In this document: in pieces, positions 51,865 to 61,922 of the stretch
Layout of the letters: every line of letters starts with the position of its first letter
Numbering within the stretch: position 1 is the stretch's first letter
DNA from: Candidatus Poribacteria bacterium
GTDB taxonomy: Bacteria > Poribacteria > WGA-4E > WGA-3G
Direction: 5' to 3'
Length of the DNA: 64,000 nt
Assembly (NCBI GenBank): GCA_965215265.1
Contig: OZ244048.1
Span: 32,001-96,000, forward strand
Position numbers and translations under genes: made by a program
The notes under the pieces: model-generated
The model's input: only the letters and a program-made list of their open reading frames with translations
Told to the model about the DNA's origin: nothing
Databases searched by the model: none

Positions 51865-51979
51865 AACGGTGGGCGACGCTTAAGGCACAAGAGTCACCTC
51901 AGTGAGATGTAAACTAACCTAACCAGGGGCAGCCACCCTCACAAGTGGTTGCCCCTGGTTTTTTTGTTTTGGATAGATG
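51865..51979 (+). repeat. Direct repeat copy 2: WATLK tail + (TAACC)2 + terminator
   Basis: Matches 50551-50675; preceded in frame by 'LSADGKLTER'. Confidence 0.95.
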
Positions 51980-51995
51980 AAAAAATTGCTCTGAC

Positions 51996-53366
51996 TTAGA
52001 AAAACGTCAGGTACGGCTTATCCATTATCTCTCGCCAGAGTAGAACTGCCAGTTCCCGTGCGTGATAATCGCCCCACATTGATGCTTCGCCACACGGAAT
52101 TTTCCGATTTTCAGGCACATAATCCCATCCATTGGGGCGATGATACACCGAGTGCAGCAGTAAGCCTTGGTGTGCATCTGATTGAGAGAGGTACGGTTCA
52201 GAGAACAACGTTTTGGCTACTGTCAGCCCGGCCTGATAGTAGGTGCACCCGGCTTCAGATTCTCTATGCTTTTTGAGATAGTTGCCGAGACGGATTAATC
52301 CTTGTGCGGCGATCGCCGCGGCAGAACTGTCCACTGGTTCAAAGTCGTTAAATGGGTCTGCGGGTGCCGCTAAATAATCTCCTAGTTTGGATAAGCGAGG
52401 TGCCCCGGTATCCCAGTACGGAATTCCATTTTGTGCTGTGTTCTGTATATAAAAATTGGCTGTGGCTTCTGCTGCTTTACGCATATGTGCTGTTGCTTGG
52501 GGATATTCGCCGTAAGGTTGGAGTACCTTTTCTGACAAGGTATCAAAAAATTCAAGCTGCTCTGCGTAGCCGGTGATAATCCAGGCCAATCCACGCGTCC
52601 ACGTGGTAAACGGTGAATAGCCTTGTTGTGTGCTGGGGCATCGGTAGTTTCCATCGTTAGTGTTGAAGATAGATTCGTGTGCAACACGGCCGGGTAAGTC
52701 AAACGCATCGCGTCCGTCGCCGTAGTAGACATTATAGGCTGCTGTGGTTTCGGAATGGTGAAGGAGCCTGGTTAAGAGTGAAATAGGGGTGTCGCCTTCA
52801 CCCATCAGTACTGCCCCCAGCGTATGCCCTACTGCCAAGACACGCAGTGAGCGTATAGTATCTGAAAAGAGCGAATGCGGTCCGTTGAAGGAGTAGATAT
52901 ATCCCTTTCCATCTTTAATTGCTGTCCAGCGGTTTGCTTGGACGGCGGCAGAGGCTTTCAAGGCGAGTTGATAAAAATGCATCTCCGCCTCGTTCCACGG
53001 AATGAGTTTTTCTTGCATCAAGCGGCGGAGATTACCGTACGTGGAGACGTTGTTAAAACCGTGGTCATGTACTCCCACATGTGTGACATGCGGTGCCATC
53101 TTTTGAATTGTATTCTGCCTTCCAATCTCGAGAAACTGTTCGTCACCGGTCGCGTCAAATTGGAGGATGGCAGAGCCGAATTGAAACCCTTGCGTCCATT
53201 CAGTCCAGCCGCGTGTTGTATAGGTTCCTGCAACTGTAAAGACGGGTGTACCTTTGTCAGCGGGCCACGTTTCCTCAATCGCTAAAATCTTTTGACCCGA
53301 AAGTTCGAATAGCCGCTCGATATGAGGCTTGAGTTCATTCACAGTCAATGAATTATTTATTTGCAT
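51996..53366 (-). CDS. Glycoside hydrolase family 88-like (unsaturated glucuronyl hydrolase)
   Basis: 'WTEWTQGF', 'HDHGF', 'TWTRGLAW', 'PYWD', 'DSSAAAIAA', 'WGDY'. Confidence 0.82.
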   Translation of the reverse strand: MQINNSLTVNELKPHIERLFELSGQKILAIEETWPADKGTPVFTVAGTYTTRGWTEWTQGFQFGSAILQFDATGDEQFLEIGRQNTIQKMAPHVTHVGVHDHGFNNVSTYGNLRRLMQEKLIPWNEAEMHFYQLALKASAAVQANRWTAIKDGKGYIYSFNGPHSLFSDTIRSLRVLAVGHTLGAVLMGEGDTPISLLTRLLHHSETTAAYNVYYGDGRDAFDLPGRVAHESIFNTNDGNYRCPSTQQGYSPFTTWTRGLAWIITGYAEQLEFFDTLSEKVLQPYGEYPQATAHMRKAAEATANFYIQNTAQNGIPYWDTGAPRLSKLGDYLAAPADPFNDFEPVDSSAAAIAAQGLIRLGNYLKKHRESEAGCTYYQAGLTVAKTLFSEPYLSQSDAHQGLLLHSVYHRPNGWDYVPENRKIPCGEASMWGDYHARELAVLLWREIMDKPYLTFF

Positions 53367-53445
53367 TTTTTCTCTGTGGGTGCGATTTCCCAATCGCGAT
53401 AGAGTGGAGTTCTGGAAGCGATTGCTCAATCGCGATAGTATGCTC

Positions 53446-53940
53446 TTAGTTTCCGTCGAAACGATATCGTTCGCATATCACTTCAATTAAGTTAGTTGTG
53501 GATTTGCCAGGGACATTGAGTCCGACGACAACCTTACCGCCATTTGCCTCAACGGTTTCCTTTTCTACGAGTTGCTCTAATTTGTAATCGCCGCCTTTGA
53601 CGTGGATGTTTGGCTTAATCTCGGAGAGCAGTGCAATCGGTGTTAACTCCGGGAAGACGACGACATAATCGACGCATTCCAAGCCGGCGAGCATCTCTGC
53701 ACGTTCTGCCTCCGGCACAAGCGGGCGGGTTTCGCCTTTAAGTTGACGGACCGAACTATCACTGTTCACTGCCACCACGAGCATATCGCCAACCTGGCGG
53801 GCCGCTTGCAAGTATCGGAGGTGCCCCAAGTGAAGTACATCAAAACAACCGTTGGTTGTGACGACTACGTTGCCATCTGCTTTCGCTCGTGCGAGGAGTT
53901 CGGTCAGTTCGTTGCGTTCGTAAATTTTTTTGCGTAACAT
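53446..53940 (-). CDS. rfaE2: D-glycero-beta-D-manno-heptose 1-phosphate adenylyltransferase
   Basis: 'TNGCFDVLHLGH', 'NSDSSVRQLKG..RP', 'VKGGDY', 'STT'. Confidence 0.92.
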   Translation of the reverse strand: MLRKKIYERNELTELLARAKADGNVVVTTNGCFDVLHLGHLRYLQAARQVGDMLVVAVNSDSSVRQLKGETRPLVPEAERAEMLAGLECVDYVVVFPELTPIALLSEIKPNIHVKGGDYKLEQLVEKETVEANGGKVVVGLNVPGKSTTNLIEVICERYRFDGN

Positions 53941-54316
53941 GATGGTATGATACCAACAATCTGTTCTATGGGAGCAATCTGTGCACTTATCGCTTCCATA
54001 GATAGAAAATGTATTCTGGTATTAGTTTAGCATGCTTTGAATTGTTTAGCAAGTTGAAGCGAAAATTGCTTCATAAGGATAGTGCTGCTCTAATCCTAAA
54101 TCTCCAGAATCACCTGATTGCACAAATCCTGTTTTTCTGCTATAATCAACTTGATTAATTGCTAGAAAACCTCAAGTGAGATTGAAAATCCAACACACAC
54201 CAAGCTAAACGGGTTGGCGCATGGAATTGCATCTACGGGAAAATGTTCCCTAAGTCGTTCGGACAAACCCCCTTCACAATCGCTTGCCCGAATTGGAGAA
54301 AATCAAGGAGAAATCA

Positions 54317-55495
54317 ATGAAGAAAAATAGGGCATCTTCGCATCGTGTGCTACCTATTTGCAACCTTGGTGCCCCGGGACACGGTAAAACAACGTTGACT
54401 GCGGCAATTGCGAAAGTGGTTGCACGAATTGGGGCGATTCAGACAGAAATAGATGGCAGCTTTGCGACGCAGCCCCCGGTGCACCAGCCGATTCGTGAAG
54501 GCGTTGGCATAACTTACCGCGCCATCGACTATGAAACGAGTGGTAAATTTTATAAGCAGATTGATTGTGAAAAGCCCCTGGATGTTGTAAAAATGTTAAT
54601 TAGTGGTTCTCCAAGGATCCAGGGTGCGATTTGGGTGGTAAACGCCGTTGATGGAGTCACCCCGGATTCCGCGGCGCATCTTCGCCTTGCAAGTGACATC
54701 CGTCTACCTACAGTGATCCCGTTTCTCAATACTGGTGGCATTCCTCAAGAGGATGAGCTGTTAAACATATGCGAATTGGAGATGTGCGAGCTGCTCAATG
54801 AGTCGGGATGGATAGAATATGCAGCGGGAGCTGAGCAGACAGCAGCCGTGATTATCGGTGATGCACAGAGCGCGTTAACCTATAAAGGTGAGAAGCTTAA
54901 TTCTGTCCAATGGAAACCGATTGTTGACCTGGTCTTTGCGCTGAATCGGTGGATGCCTGAACCTGTGAACGTTACGCAATTGCCCCTGATAATGCCGATT
55001 TATGGGATTATAGAAGAGACGCGCGATAGCGTAACGGTGCACGGTGAAATTGTTCAGGGGCATCTTGCTGTCGGACAAGCGGTTGATATTGTCGGAAAAG
55101 GCGATCGAATCAAGACACGGTGCCTCGGCATAACAGACAACGAAGTCCACGTTGAGGCTGAACCGGGTTGGCTGTCTGTCGGGCAGGTGCTTTGCACGCC
55201 TAAGACTGTCAAATCGCATGCTGCTTTCTCTGCGATTATCTATCTGCTGACCCAAGAAGAGAGCGGCACCCATATTCCATTAATCGATAAGGACAGGCCG
55301 GATATTCATTTGTGGGGTGTTGATATGCCAACCCATCTACAGCTGCCAGCGGACCTCTCAATTATGACACCGGGAACTTATGCAAGCGTCACCATGAGAC
55401 TTGATTTACCTTTAGTGATCGAAGTCGGGACGCGGTTTGAGGTAAAAAAGATGGGGGCTAGAGTCGGTATCGGTATTGTGACGGGGTTGGATTGA
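54317..55495 (+). CDS. Highly divergent EF-Tu paralogue
   Basis: 'GHGKTTLTAAI', 'GAIWVVNAVDG', 'AIIYLLTQEESGTH', 'GTRFEVKKMGARVGIGIV'; DCPGH replaced by DCEKP and NKxD by NTGG; SD AAGGAG. Confidence 0.8.
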   Translation: MKKNRASSHRVLPICNLGAPGHGKTTLTAAIAKVVARIGAIQTEIDGSFATQPPVHQPIREGVGITYRAIDYETSGKFYKQIDCEKPLDVVKMLISGSPRIQGAIWVVNAVDGVTPDSAAHLRLASDIRLPTVIPFLNTGGIPQEDELLNICELEMCELLNESGWIEYAAGAEQTAAVIIGDAQSALTYKGEKLNSVQWKPIVDLVFALNRWMPEPVNVTQLPLIMPIYGIIEETRDSVTVHGEIVQGHLAVGQAVDIVGKGDRIKTRCLGITDNEVHVEAEPGWLSVGQVLCTPKTVKSHAAFSAIIYLLTQEESGTHIPLIDKDRPDIHLWGVDMPTHLQLPADLSIMTPGTYASVTMRLDLPLVIEVGTRFEVKKMGARVGIGIVTGLD

Positions 55496-55551
55496 TTTGC
55501 TGCATTTATCTATCAGACTATGCAGACATCTGAAGTAGATGCTAACGGATG

Positions 55552-56259
55552 CTATTTGGCGGTAGCTATAGCATCCTCAAGGAAGAGCGCACCTGTGTAT
55601 AGCGCGCGTCCTATAATTGCTCCACTGGTCCTGATACTCTTGAGTGCGGCTATGTCCTCGATAGTCGTGATACCCCCGGAAGCAATGACATCGGCTGGGA
55701 TAGTGTTAACGATGTCCGCTGTTGCCTCTACATTCGGCCCCTTCAGCATCCCGTCACTCTTAATGTCTGTATAGATAACCGTCTGAACATCTTCCATCTG
55801 TTTTGCGAATTCGACAGCGGATTTTTGAGAGACTTCCAACCAACCGTGTGTTGCAACCATGCCGTCTTTCGCATCAATGCCGACGGCGATGCTTTGGCCG
55901 TAAAGGTCGCAAGCCTGTTTTACCAATTCTGGTTGCTTGAGTGCCGCTGTCCCTAAAATTGTTCGGTGAACGCCGAGTCCTAAAACGGCTTCTACCTGTT
56001 CTAAAGTTCGAATGCCGCCCCCAAGTTGTACGGGTATGTCTAGTACAGAGACAATCTCTCTGACAATATCAAGATTAGCCGATACGCCTCGAAACGCGCC
56101 GTCGAGGTCAACAAGATGGAGATATTCTGCGCCTTCCGACTGCCACTTTTCTGCCATTTCCACAGGTGCGTCTGAGAAGATTGTCTCGTGTTCTGCTATG
56201 CCTTGCACCAAGTTAACACACTTTCCGTCTCGTAGATCGATGGCTGGTAAAATTAACAT
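55552..56259 (-). CDS. hisA: ProFAR isomerase HisA
   Basis: 'LPAIDLRDGKCVNLVQG', 'HLVDLDGA', 'QLGGGIR', 'YTDIKSDG', 'IASGG'. Confidence 0.96.
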   Translation of the reverse strand: MLILPAIDLRDGKCVNLVQGIAEHETIFSDAPVEMAEKWQSEGAEYLHLVDLDGAFRGVSANLDIVREIVSVLDIPVQLGGGIRTLEQVEAVLGLGVHRTILGTAALKQPELVKQACDLYGQSIAVGIDAKDGMVATHGWLEVSQKSAVEFAKQMEDVQTVIYTDIKSDGMLKGPNVEATADIVNTIPADVIASGGITTIEDIAALKSIRTSGAIIGRALYTGALFLEDAIATAK

Positions 56260-56269
56260 TATATTCCCT

Positions 56270-57166
56270 TTATTCGTCCCGAAAGATACCGAGTAGTTTC
56301 AATTGGACAATAGAGATGATGGCAATGATGAAAAACAGTACCCATCCGATTGTCGCGGCGTAGCCGAGACGCATGAATTGGAACCCGTTTTTATAGAGAT
56401 ACATCACGATAGTTGAACCTGCATCGGCAGGTTCGCCGCCGTTTGTTAGAATGTACGGCAAGTCAAAGAGTTGGAGGGAACCTATCATTGACACGACGAA
56501 TACGAAAGCGATAACCGGCCGCAAGGAGGGCAGCGTGATGTGCAGGAATGCCTGCCACCAATTTGCGCCGTCTACTGCTGCCGCTTCATAAAGTTCTTGG
56601 CGAATTCCTTGTAAACCGGCCAAAAAATAGATCATGTTGAATCCTGCCCATTGCCAAACGCCTGTTAGAATAACTGCGGGCATCACGTAGTTTTCCTCGT
56701 TCAGCCAGCCGATCTCACGTCCAAAGAGGATTAATTCCTTGTTCACTAGTCCGGCGCGCTGATCGTAGACAAGGTTGAAGATAATCGCCACGAACACCCC
56801 TGCGACCAGCACTGGTGCGAAAAAGGCTAGGCGTAGGAAATTCTTACCTTTGACGAATTTTGCGTTGAGCAAAATTGCGAGTAAGAGGGCGATCGGCAGC
56901 TGGAGTGTGAGTGTACCGAGTGCGAAATAAGCAGTATTCCTGAGGGATTTCCAGAAAATCGGGTCGCGGAAGAGATCTGTAAAGTTTCCGATTCCGACAA
57001 AGATGCGGCTTTGGAAACCGCGCATCTCATAAAGGCTCATCACAAGTGACGAAATGAGGGGGTAGCCCATAAATAGCAAGAAGAGCAGATAAAATGGGGC
57101 AATAAAAAGATAGGGTGCGATTTTCTGTTGTTGTTGCCAGAACCGGTATGAACGCGTTGTTTTCAT
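56270..57166 (-). CDS. Carbohydrate ABC transporter permease
   Basis: EAA motif 'ELYEAAAVDGANWWQAFLHITLP'. Confidence 0.93.
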   Translation of the reverse strand: MKTTRSYRFWQQQQKIAPYLFIAPFYLLFLLFMGYPLISSLVMSLYEMRGFQSRIFVGIGNFTDLFRDPIFWKSLRNTAYFALGTLTLQLPIALLLAILLNAKFVKGKNFLRLAFFAPVLVAGVFVAIIFNLVYDQRAGLVNKELILFGREIGWLNEENYVMPAVILTGVWQWAGFNMIYFLAGLQGIRQELYEAAAVDGANWWQAFLHITLPSLRPVIAFVFVVSMIGSLQLFDLPYILTNGGEPADAGSTIVMYLYKNGFQFMRLGYAATIGWVLFFIIAIISIVQLKLLGIFRDE

Positions 57167-57172
57167 GGGCTG

Positions 57173-58534
57173 CTACATCTCCCCCCAACGCCCAAGGTCT
57201 TTAGCGATCAGTTCACGCACCTTGTGGGCGAGTTCTGTCAGTGCTTGGCGTGGTGTCTGTTTTTGGGTAACTGCTGCAAAAATTGCGTCGTTGAGAAAGT
57301 CTGCGCCTTCTGCCCAGTATGGGTTCTGATAGCGCTTGGGTAAATCGGGTGCCAATTGGATAAACAGTTCGCCAAGCGGTTGTCCGCCTAAGTAAGGGTC
57401 TGGTTCCTTGAAAATAGGTGCGTCCCATGCTGCTTTGAGCGGTGGAATAATCCGCGTTGTCTCGTATCGGTTGATTAAGCCGGCCCGGTCAAAATAGGTA
57501 AATTTGAGAAGTTCCCATGCCCGGTCCGGATTTTTGCACTGTGTCGTGATGCCGATCATGGTTCCCCCGCGCGTCGTTGTCCGTCTACTCCCCGGTTCCC
57601 ATGCAGGGATTCCTATTGCTTTCCATTTACCTTCCATTTGTGGAACCTGGCTTTTTAGAATCCCCACGTACCAGTCAGGGGCTAGAATAGAGAGTATCTC
57701 CCCGTCCTGCATTGCGGCGAAGTTGCTCGGATCGCCGTGCCAGGTGCCGTAAACGGATGTAGCGATTTTATGCTCATTAAACAGTGAGACAAAAAATTCT
57801 AGCGTCTCAATTGCTAATTCGCTGTCAATGATGACATTACCTTCTTGATCAAAAAATCCGCCTCCCTGTTGGAGCAAGAGTGAAAAATAGTCACTTTCCG
57901 TGCGTCTATCCAACACAATAGCGTACTGATCGATCGTACCATCGCCATCTAAATCGCGTGTGGCTTTTTTGCCTGCTTCAATAAAGTCAGCCCAGGTTTC
58001 TATTTCAGCCATCTCAACGCCAGCTGCTTTAAAGAGGTCATCACGGTAGAGGAGTACGACAGGATGCAAGTCGTGTGGGATACCGAAGATGCGTCCGCGG
58101 TATGACCAAGGGGTAAACCGAGTGACGACTAATTTTTCCATCCAGTCTTCGTTTTCTAGGCGTGGTCGAAGGTCAACAAATCCGACTTCGTCTATAGCGC
58201 CCTTAAGAAACCTTCCGATAGAGGTAATCTCTACCTCAACGAGATCTGGTGCGCCGAAATTAGACAACATGGCGGTGAGTAGTTTGTCGTGCATAGTGCC
58301 GCCGAAATTGATGAGTTGTACGTTAACCCCGGGGTTCTGTGCCTCAAAAATTGGCACGCGCGCCTGATATTCTTCATAATGGGTATTGGCGAAAATCCAA
58401 AATTCCAGATTTTCGCCTTGCTCTTCGGAACGGGCAAAAATGAAAATCGTAGAGATCAGGAACAGGATTAGCATCACCATCGGTCCTTTACCGAGTGGAA
58501 AACTTTCCCCATCAACACCAAAGATTTGCTTCAC
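57173..58534 (-). CDS. Sugar ABC transporter substrate-binding protein
   Basis: 'APDLV', 'FGIPHD', 'LYRDDLF..AGV', 'TWADF', 'AWELLKF'. Confidence 0.9.
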   Translation of the reverse strand: MKQIFGVDGESFPLGKGPMVMLILFLISTIFIFARSEEQGENLEFWIFANTHYEEYQARVPIFEAQNPGVNVQLINFGGTMHDKLLTAMLSNFGAPDLVEVEITSIGRFLKGAIDEVGFVDLRPRLENEDWMEKLVVTRFTPWSYRGRIFGIPHDLHPVVLLYRDDLFKAAGVEMAEIETWADFIEAGKKATRDLDGDGTIDQYAIVLDRRTESDYFSLLLQQGGGFFDQEGNVIIDSELAIETLEFFVSLFNEHKIATSVYGTWHGDPSNFAAMQDGEILSILAPDWYVGILKSQVPQMEGKWKAIGIPAWEPGSRRTTTRGGTMIGITTQCKNPDRAWELLKFTYFDRAGLINRYETTRIIPPLKAAWDAPIFKEPDPYLGGQPLGELFIQLAPDLPKRYQNPYWAEGADFLNDAIFAAVTQKQTPRQALTELAHKVRELIAKDLGRWGEM

Positions 58535-58634
58535 TAGAAACCTCCAGAAATTTGGTGCATTAGCAAAAACTGCTAGGACTAAGCAAACGAAAGAATTGAA
58601 ACACAGCCGCAGCCCAGAGAAAATAGAATTTTAC

Positions 58635-58663
58635 TTGACATTTACTCTTAGAACAGTTACAAT
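58635..58663 (+). promoter_or_regulatory. Sigma70 promoter
   Basis: TTGACA-17 nt-TACAAT. Confidence 0.65.
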
Positions 58664-58739
58664 TTATCAGAAAGAATCATTTTTAGCAACAAATACTTTG
58701 GCTTTTGCCTAATTTGTTGTAAATGGAGGATGATGCTAT

Positions 58740-59039
58740 ATGCCAACCTATGACTACAAATGTCTGACATGTGATGTCCAATTTGAGCGATTTCAAGGCA
58801 TAACTGAACCCGCAATTGAAGAATGCCCTGAGTGTAGTGGGCAAGTGAAACGCTTAATCGGTGCCGGAGCAGGTCTTATCTTCAAAGGTTCCGGGTTTTA
58901 TATTACTGACTACCGGAGTGAGGGGTATAAAGAATCCGCGAAAAAGGATAAAGATACGTCGAGCGCTAAGCGCAAAACGGACAAAAAAGCCAAGAAAACA
59001 GATAGCAGTAGTACTACAACAAGCAAAGCGGCAGACTAA
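58740..59039 (+). CDS. FmdB family zinc-ribbon protein
   Basis: 'MPTYDYKCLTC..CPEC..FKGSGFYITDY'. Confidence 0.93.
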   Translation: MPTYDYKCLTCDVQFERFQGITEPAIEECPECSGQVKRLIGAGAGLIFKGSGFYITDYRSEGYKESAKKDKDTSSAKRKTDKKAKKTDSSSTTTSKAAD

Positions 59040-59063
59040 CCGCTTGGAAACCGTGGGGGAGCG

Positions 59064-60005
59064 GTGCACAGCCATAATCACGAACACCATCAGGGCAAAA
59101 CGTACGGACATAGTCACCAAACGCATCTTCAAAAGAAGTTTAAAATTGCGGTGCTTGTTACGTTTTGTGTCTTTATTGGAGAAGTTGTTGGCGGCATCTG
59201 GTCAGGGAGTTTAGCGTTATTAAGTGATGCAGCGCACGTTATGTCAGATGTTGCATCGCTTCTTATCAGTTGGCTAGCAATCTATTTATCAACTCGTCCT
59301 GCGACTCCGTCTAGAACCTACGGTTATCATCGTGCAGAAGTCTTGGCGGCACTTATCAACGGTGTATCGCTCATCGGAATTTCGGGTTGGATTTTTTACG
59401 AGGCATACCAAAGGTACCTATTCCCTGGGACTATTAAAGTTAATGGTATGCTGATTGTTGCATGCCTCGGTTTTGTTGCAAACCTCATTATTTTGTGGCA
59501 ATTGCACGGTGAGAGTCCGGGCAATCTTAATGTCCGGAGTGCTGTGCTTCACGTGATAGGTGATGCGCTTTCTTCTGTTGCGGTTGTCATAGGTGGCGTG
59601 GTTATCTATTGGACAGGGTGGTCCCTGGTTGATGTGATACTCAGCTGCCTGATTGGCGGGATTATTTTGATCAGTGCGGTAAACGTCACGAAAGAAGCAG
59701 TGCATATTTTGCTTGAAAATTCGCCACGGAATGTGGATGCACAGATTGTCGCCGAGCAGATCTGTCGTCTGGAGCCAGTTGAAGCGATTCATGACATCCA
59801 CATCTGGTCTTTGTGTTCTAACTATTGCGCACTGAGTGCTCATGTTGTCGTTGACGAGAACAGTCCGTTATCCTCGCACGAAATTCTTGGACAGATTAAT
59901 TCTGTATTGCAGACGCATTTCGGCATCAACCATACAACCCTTCAGCTGGAGCATGTCGCGTGTAAACAAGGCGGCAATCTGCTTTGCAACGCACAGCATC
60001 ATTGA
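59064..60005 (+). CDS. Cation diffusion facilitator (CzcD/ZitB-like)
   Basis: 'SLALLSDAAHVMSD', 'TYGYHRAEVLAAL', 'LHVIGD', 'HDIHIW', 'HTTLQLE'. Confidence 0.93.
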   Translation: MHSHNHEHHQGKTYGHSHQTHLQKKFKIAVLVTFCVFIGEVVGGIWSGSLALLSDAAHVMSDVASLLISWLAIYLSTRPATPSRTYGYHRAEVLAALINGVSLIGISGWIFYEAYQRYLFPGTIKVNGMLIVACLGFVANLIILWQLHGESPGNLNVRSAVLHVIGDALSSVAVVIGGVVIYWTGWSLVDVILSCLIGGIILISAVNVTKEAVHILLENSPRNVDAQIVAEQICRLEPVEAIHDIHIWSLCSNYCALSAHVVVDENSPLSSHEILGQINSVLQTHFGINHTTLQLEHVACKQGGNLLCNAQHH

Positions 60006-60043
60006 GGCTCGGAATTAAAAAGCGTGCTGCCCGCAGAAACGGC

Positions 60044-60586
60044 CTAACTATGATATACTTTCAAGCGGTGCACTTTACGAATTAGATCTGCGTCCTTCGC
60101 GAACCTTTGAGTCGCCTTCACAAGTCCTTCTATGTGCGATGCGATATCCTTTTCAACCTGAACAATGCGTGCCATTAAGTACGGCTGATCGCTCTGCTGA
60201 ATCGCTTTTCGTATTATGGAGAGCAGGTACATATAAAGGGTATCTGCTTCGCTGCCTTCAATCGCAATGGCGATAGCGAATGCATCATCTAGTGAAAGCT
60301 GCCCGCTATTCACTATCTGTTCATGTCTATTCAGTGCATCCGTAATTTGTTGAATTGGGATATCTTGTAATTCTGTTACTTGCGAATTGAGCCCACAGGT
60401 TTGAGCGCATAAAGAACGTCCGAAATCTACGAGCATGTAGTGCTGCCACTCTTCTGTGCTCATCCGTTCCCAAAACCGTGCGATGCGTTCATCAATGTTC
60501 CCTAAAAGTAATGAGAAGGATGCGTATATTTTCGCGTGACGTAGCTCAATGTCTTGGCAAATATTAAAGAGTTCTCCTAATGTCAA
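60044..60586 (-). CDS. Ferritin/rubrerythrin-like protein
   Basis: 'IELRHAKIY', 'MSTEEWQH', 'AIAIEGSE' ExxH-type pattern. Confidence 0.6.
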   Translation of the reverse strand: MTLGELFNICQDIELRHAKIYASFSLLLGNIDERIARFWERMSTEEWQHYMLVDFGRSLCAQTCGLNSQVTELQDIPIQQITDALNRHEQIVNSGQLSLDDAFAIAIAIEGSEADTLYMYLLSIIRKAIQQSDQPYLMARIVQVEKDIASHIEGLVKATQRFAKDADLIRKVHRLKVYHS

Positions 60587-60700
60587 TGTTTCACCTTCTA
60601 TTTTTTCTTACTTCTTACATGGTAGCGATAAGGCTTTCTTCTAGTGACCCTCCGCGTATCCAATAAGTGGAATACTTTTTTAATTCTTATATTGTAATGT

Positions 60701-61732
60701 CTATAGTGGCAAGGCAATTGCTCTACCGGCTAGCATGCTGCGTGTCACAGCTTCCGTAAATTCCATATATTTCACGCCGGTCTCAAAATCGGTATGCGTA
60801 ATAATTTCTATGCCGCGGATAGCGTTTACAAATTCCGCTTCTACACGCCACGCCCCTGCCTCTGCGTCGGGAATTTCAATTTCGCAGAGTCTTTCATCGC
60901 CTTTTTGCCCACCGAAGAGCCGATTAGCTGAAAAACGGAGGGTTCCTTCGCTACCGAAGATAAACACCTCGGGTGTGCCGGCTAGTCCTGTAACATTAGA
61001 AACCTGCATGTGGAGTTGCGCGCCGCATGCCAAGTCTCCGACCACATCAATATGTTCTGGAATCCGGACTGCGTGCATAATTCCATCAGCGTCAGGACGC
61101 ATTTTGACAAAGGTTTTGCCGATTGCGCTGATACGCGTGGCTTCGCCTAACCAACGCATGAGTGCCTCGTACCAGATGCCCATGCTCATGATATTCAATC
61201 CGCTCAGGTCAAAATCTTGTCGCCATTGGAGGGGTGCCTCCCTGTCGAGAAAAGCGCCGCCGGCGCGTACGTCAACGACAAGCATCTCGCCGACATAGCC
61301 TTCAGCGATAAGCCGTTTTATCGTATTGTCGACGCGTAACGTCATAGGCGAGGGTACGATCTGTGCGACGAGGTCCGTTTTCTGACGTGCCGCGTTCCGC
61401 ATGGTATGCGCCTCTCTTGCATTCATCGCCATGCGTGCTTCACACATGACGTGCTTATCCGCTGCGAGTGCCGCGACGGTTGCGCGGCAGTGGATGTAGG
61501 GCCATGTTCCGATAACAATTGCATTCGTATCGGTATCGGCGATAGCATTTTGCCAATTGCCGTAGGTTTTAGGAATTCCGAATTCATCTGCGACGCGTCG
61601 TGAGGATTCCTCACTGCGATTGCATACGCCGATAATCTCAACGCCATTGATTGCTTGTAGTCCAGGGATGTGCCGCGAGCGGGTATTATTCCCTGCCCCG
61701 ATAACTCCAACTCGGATTGTTTCTTGTACCAT
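60701..61732 (-). CDS. Gfo/Idh/MocA family oxidoreductase
   Basis: 'VGVIGAG', 'IGTWPYIH', 'KHVMCEARMA'. Confidence 0.9.
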   Translation of the reverse strand: MVQETIRVGVIGAGNNTRSRHIPGLQAINGVEIIGVCNRSEESSRRVADEFGIPKTYGNWQNAIADTDTNAIVIGTWPYIHCRATVAALAADKHVMCEARMAMNAREAHTMRNAARQKTDLVAQIVPSPMTLRVDNTIKRLIAEGYVGEMLVVDVRAGGAFLDREAPLQWRQDFDLSGLNIMSMGIWYEALMRWLGEATRISAIGKTFVKMRPDADGIMHAVRIPEHIDVVGDLACGAQLHMQVSNVTGLAGTPEVFIFGSEGTLRFSANRLFGGQKGDERLCEIEIPDAEAGAWRVEAEFVNAIRGIEIITHTDFETGVKYMEFTEAVTRSMLAGRAIALPL

Positions 61733-61922
61733 ATTCTCTGCTGCCTCCGTTTTTTGTGTATCAATAATCATTTTAACAGAAACGTAGGGAAGGTGTCAAG
61801 GTGTAATTTGATGTGCGAATTTATGGAAGGGCAATTCGTTGCTTGTTCAGCAAATTTGACTGATAATAAACATAATTATATGGTTGAATGATGGAGAAAA
61901 TTTAGTATGTCTACCGGAAAAT

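Noticed and set aside
53381-53440. Two short GCGATT..CAATCGCGATAG palindromic copies between rfaE2 and the GH88 gene
   Set aside because: Too short, and seen only here, to call a REP family from this window.
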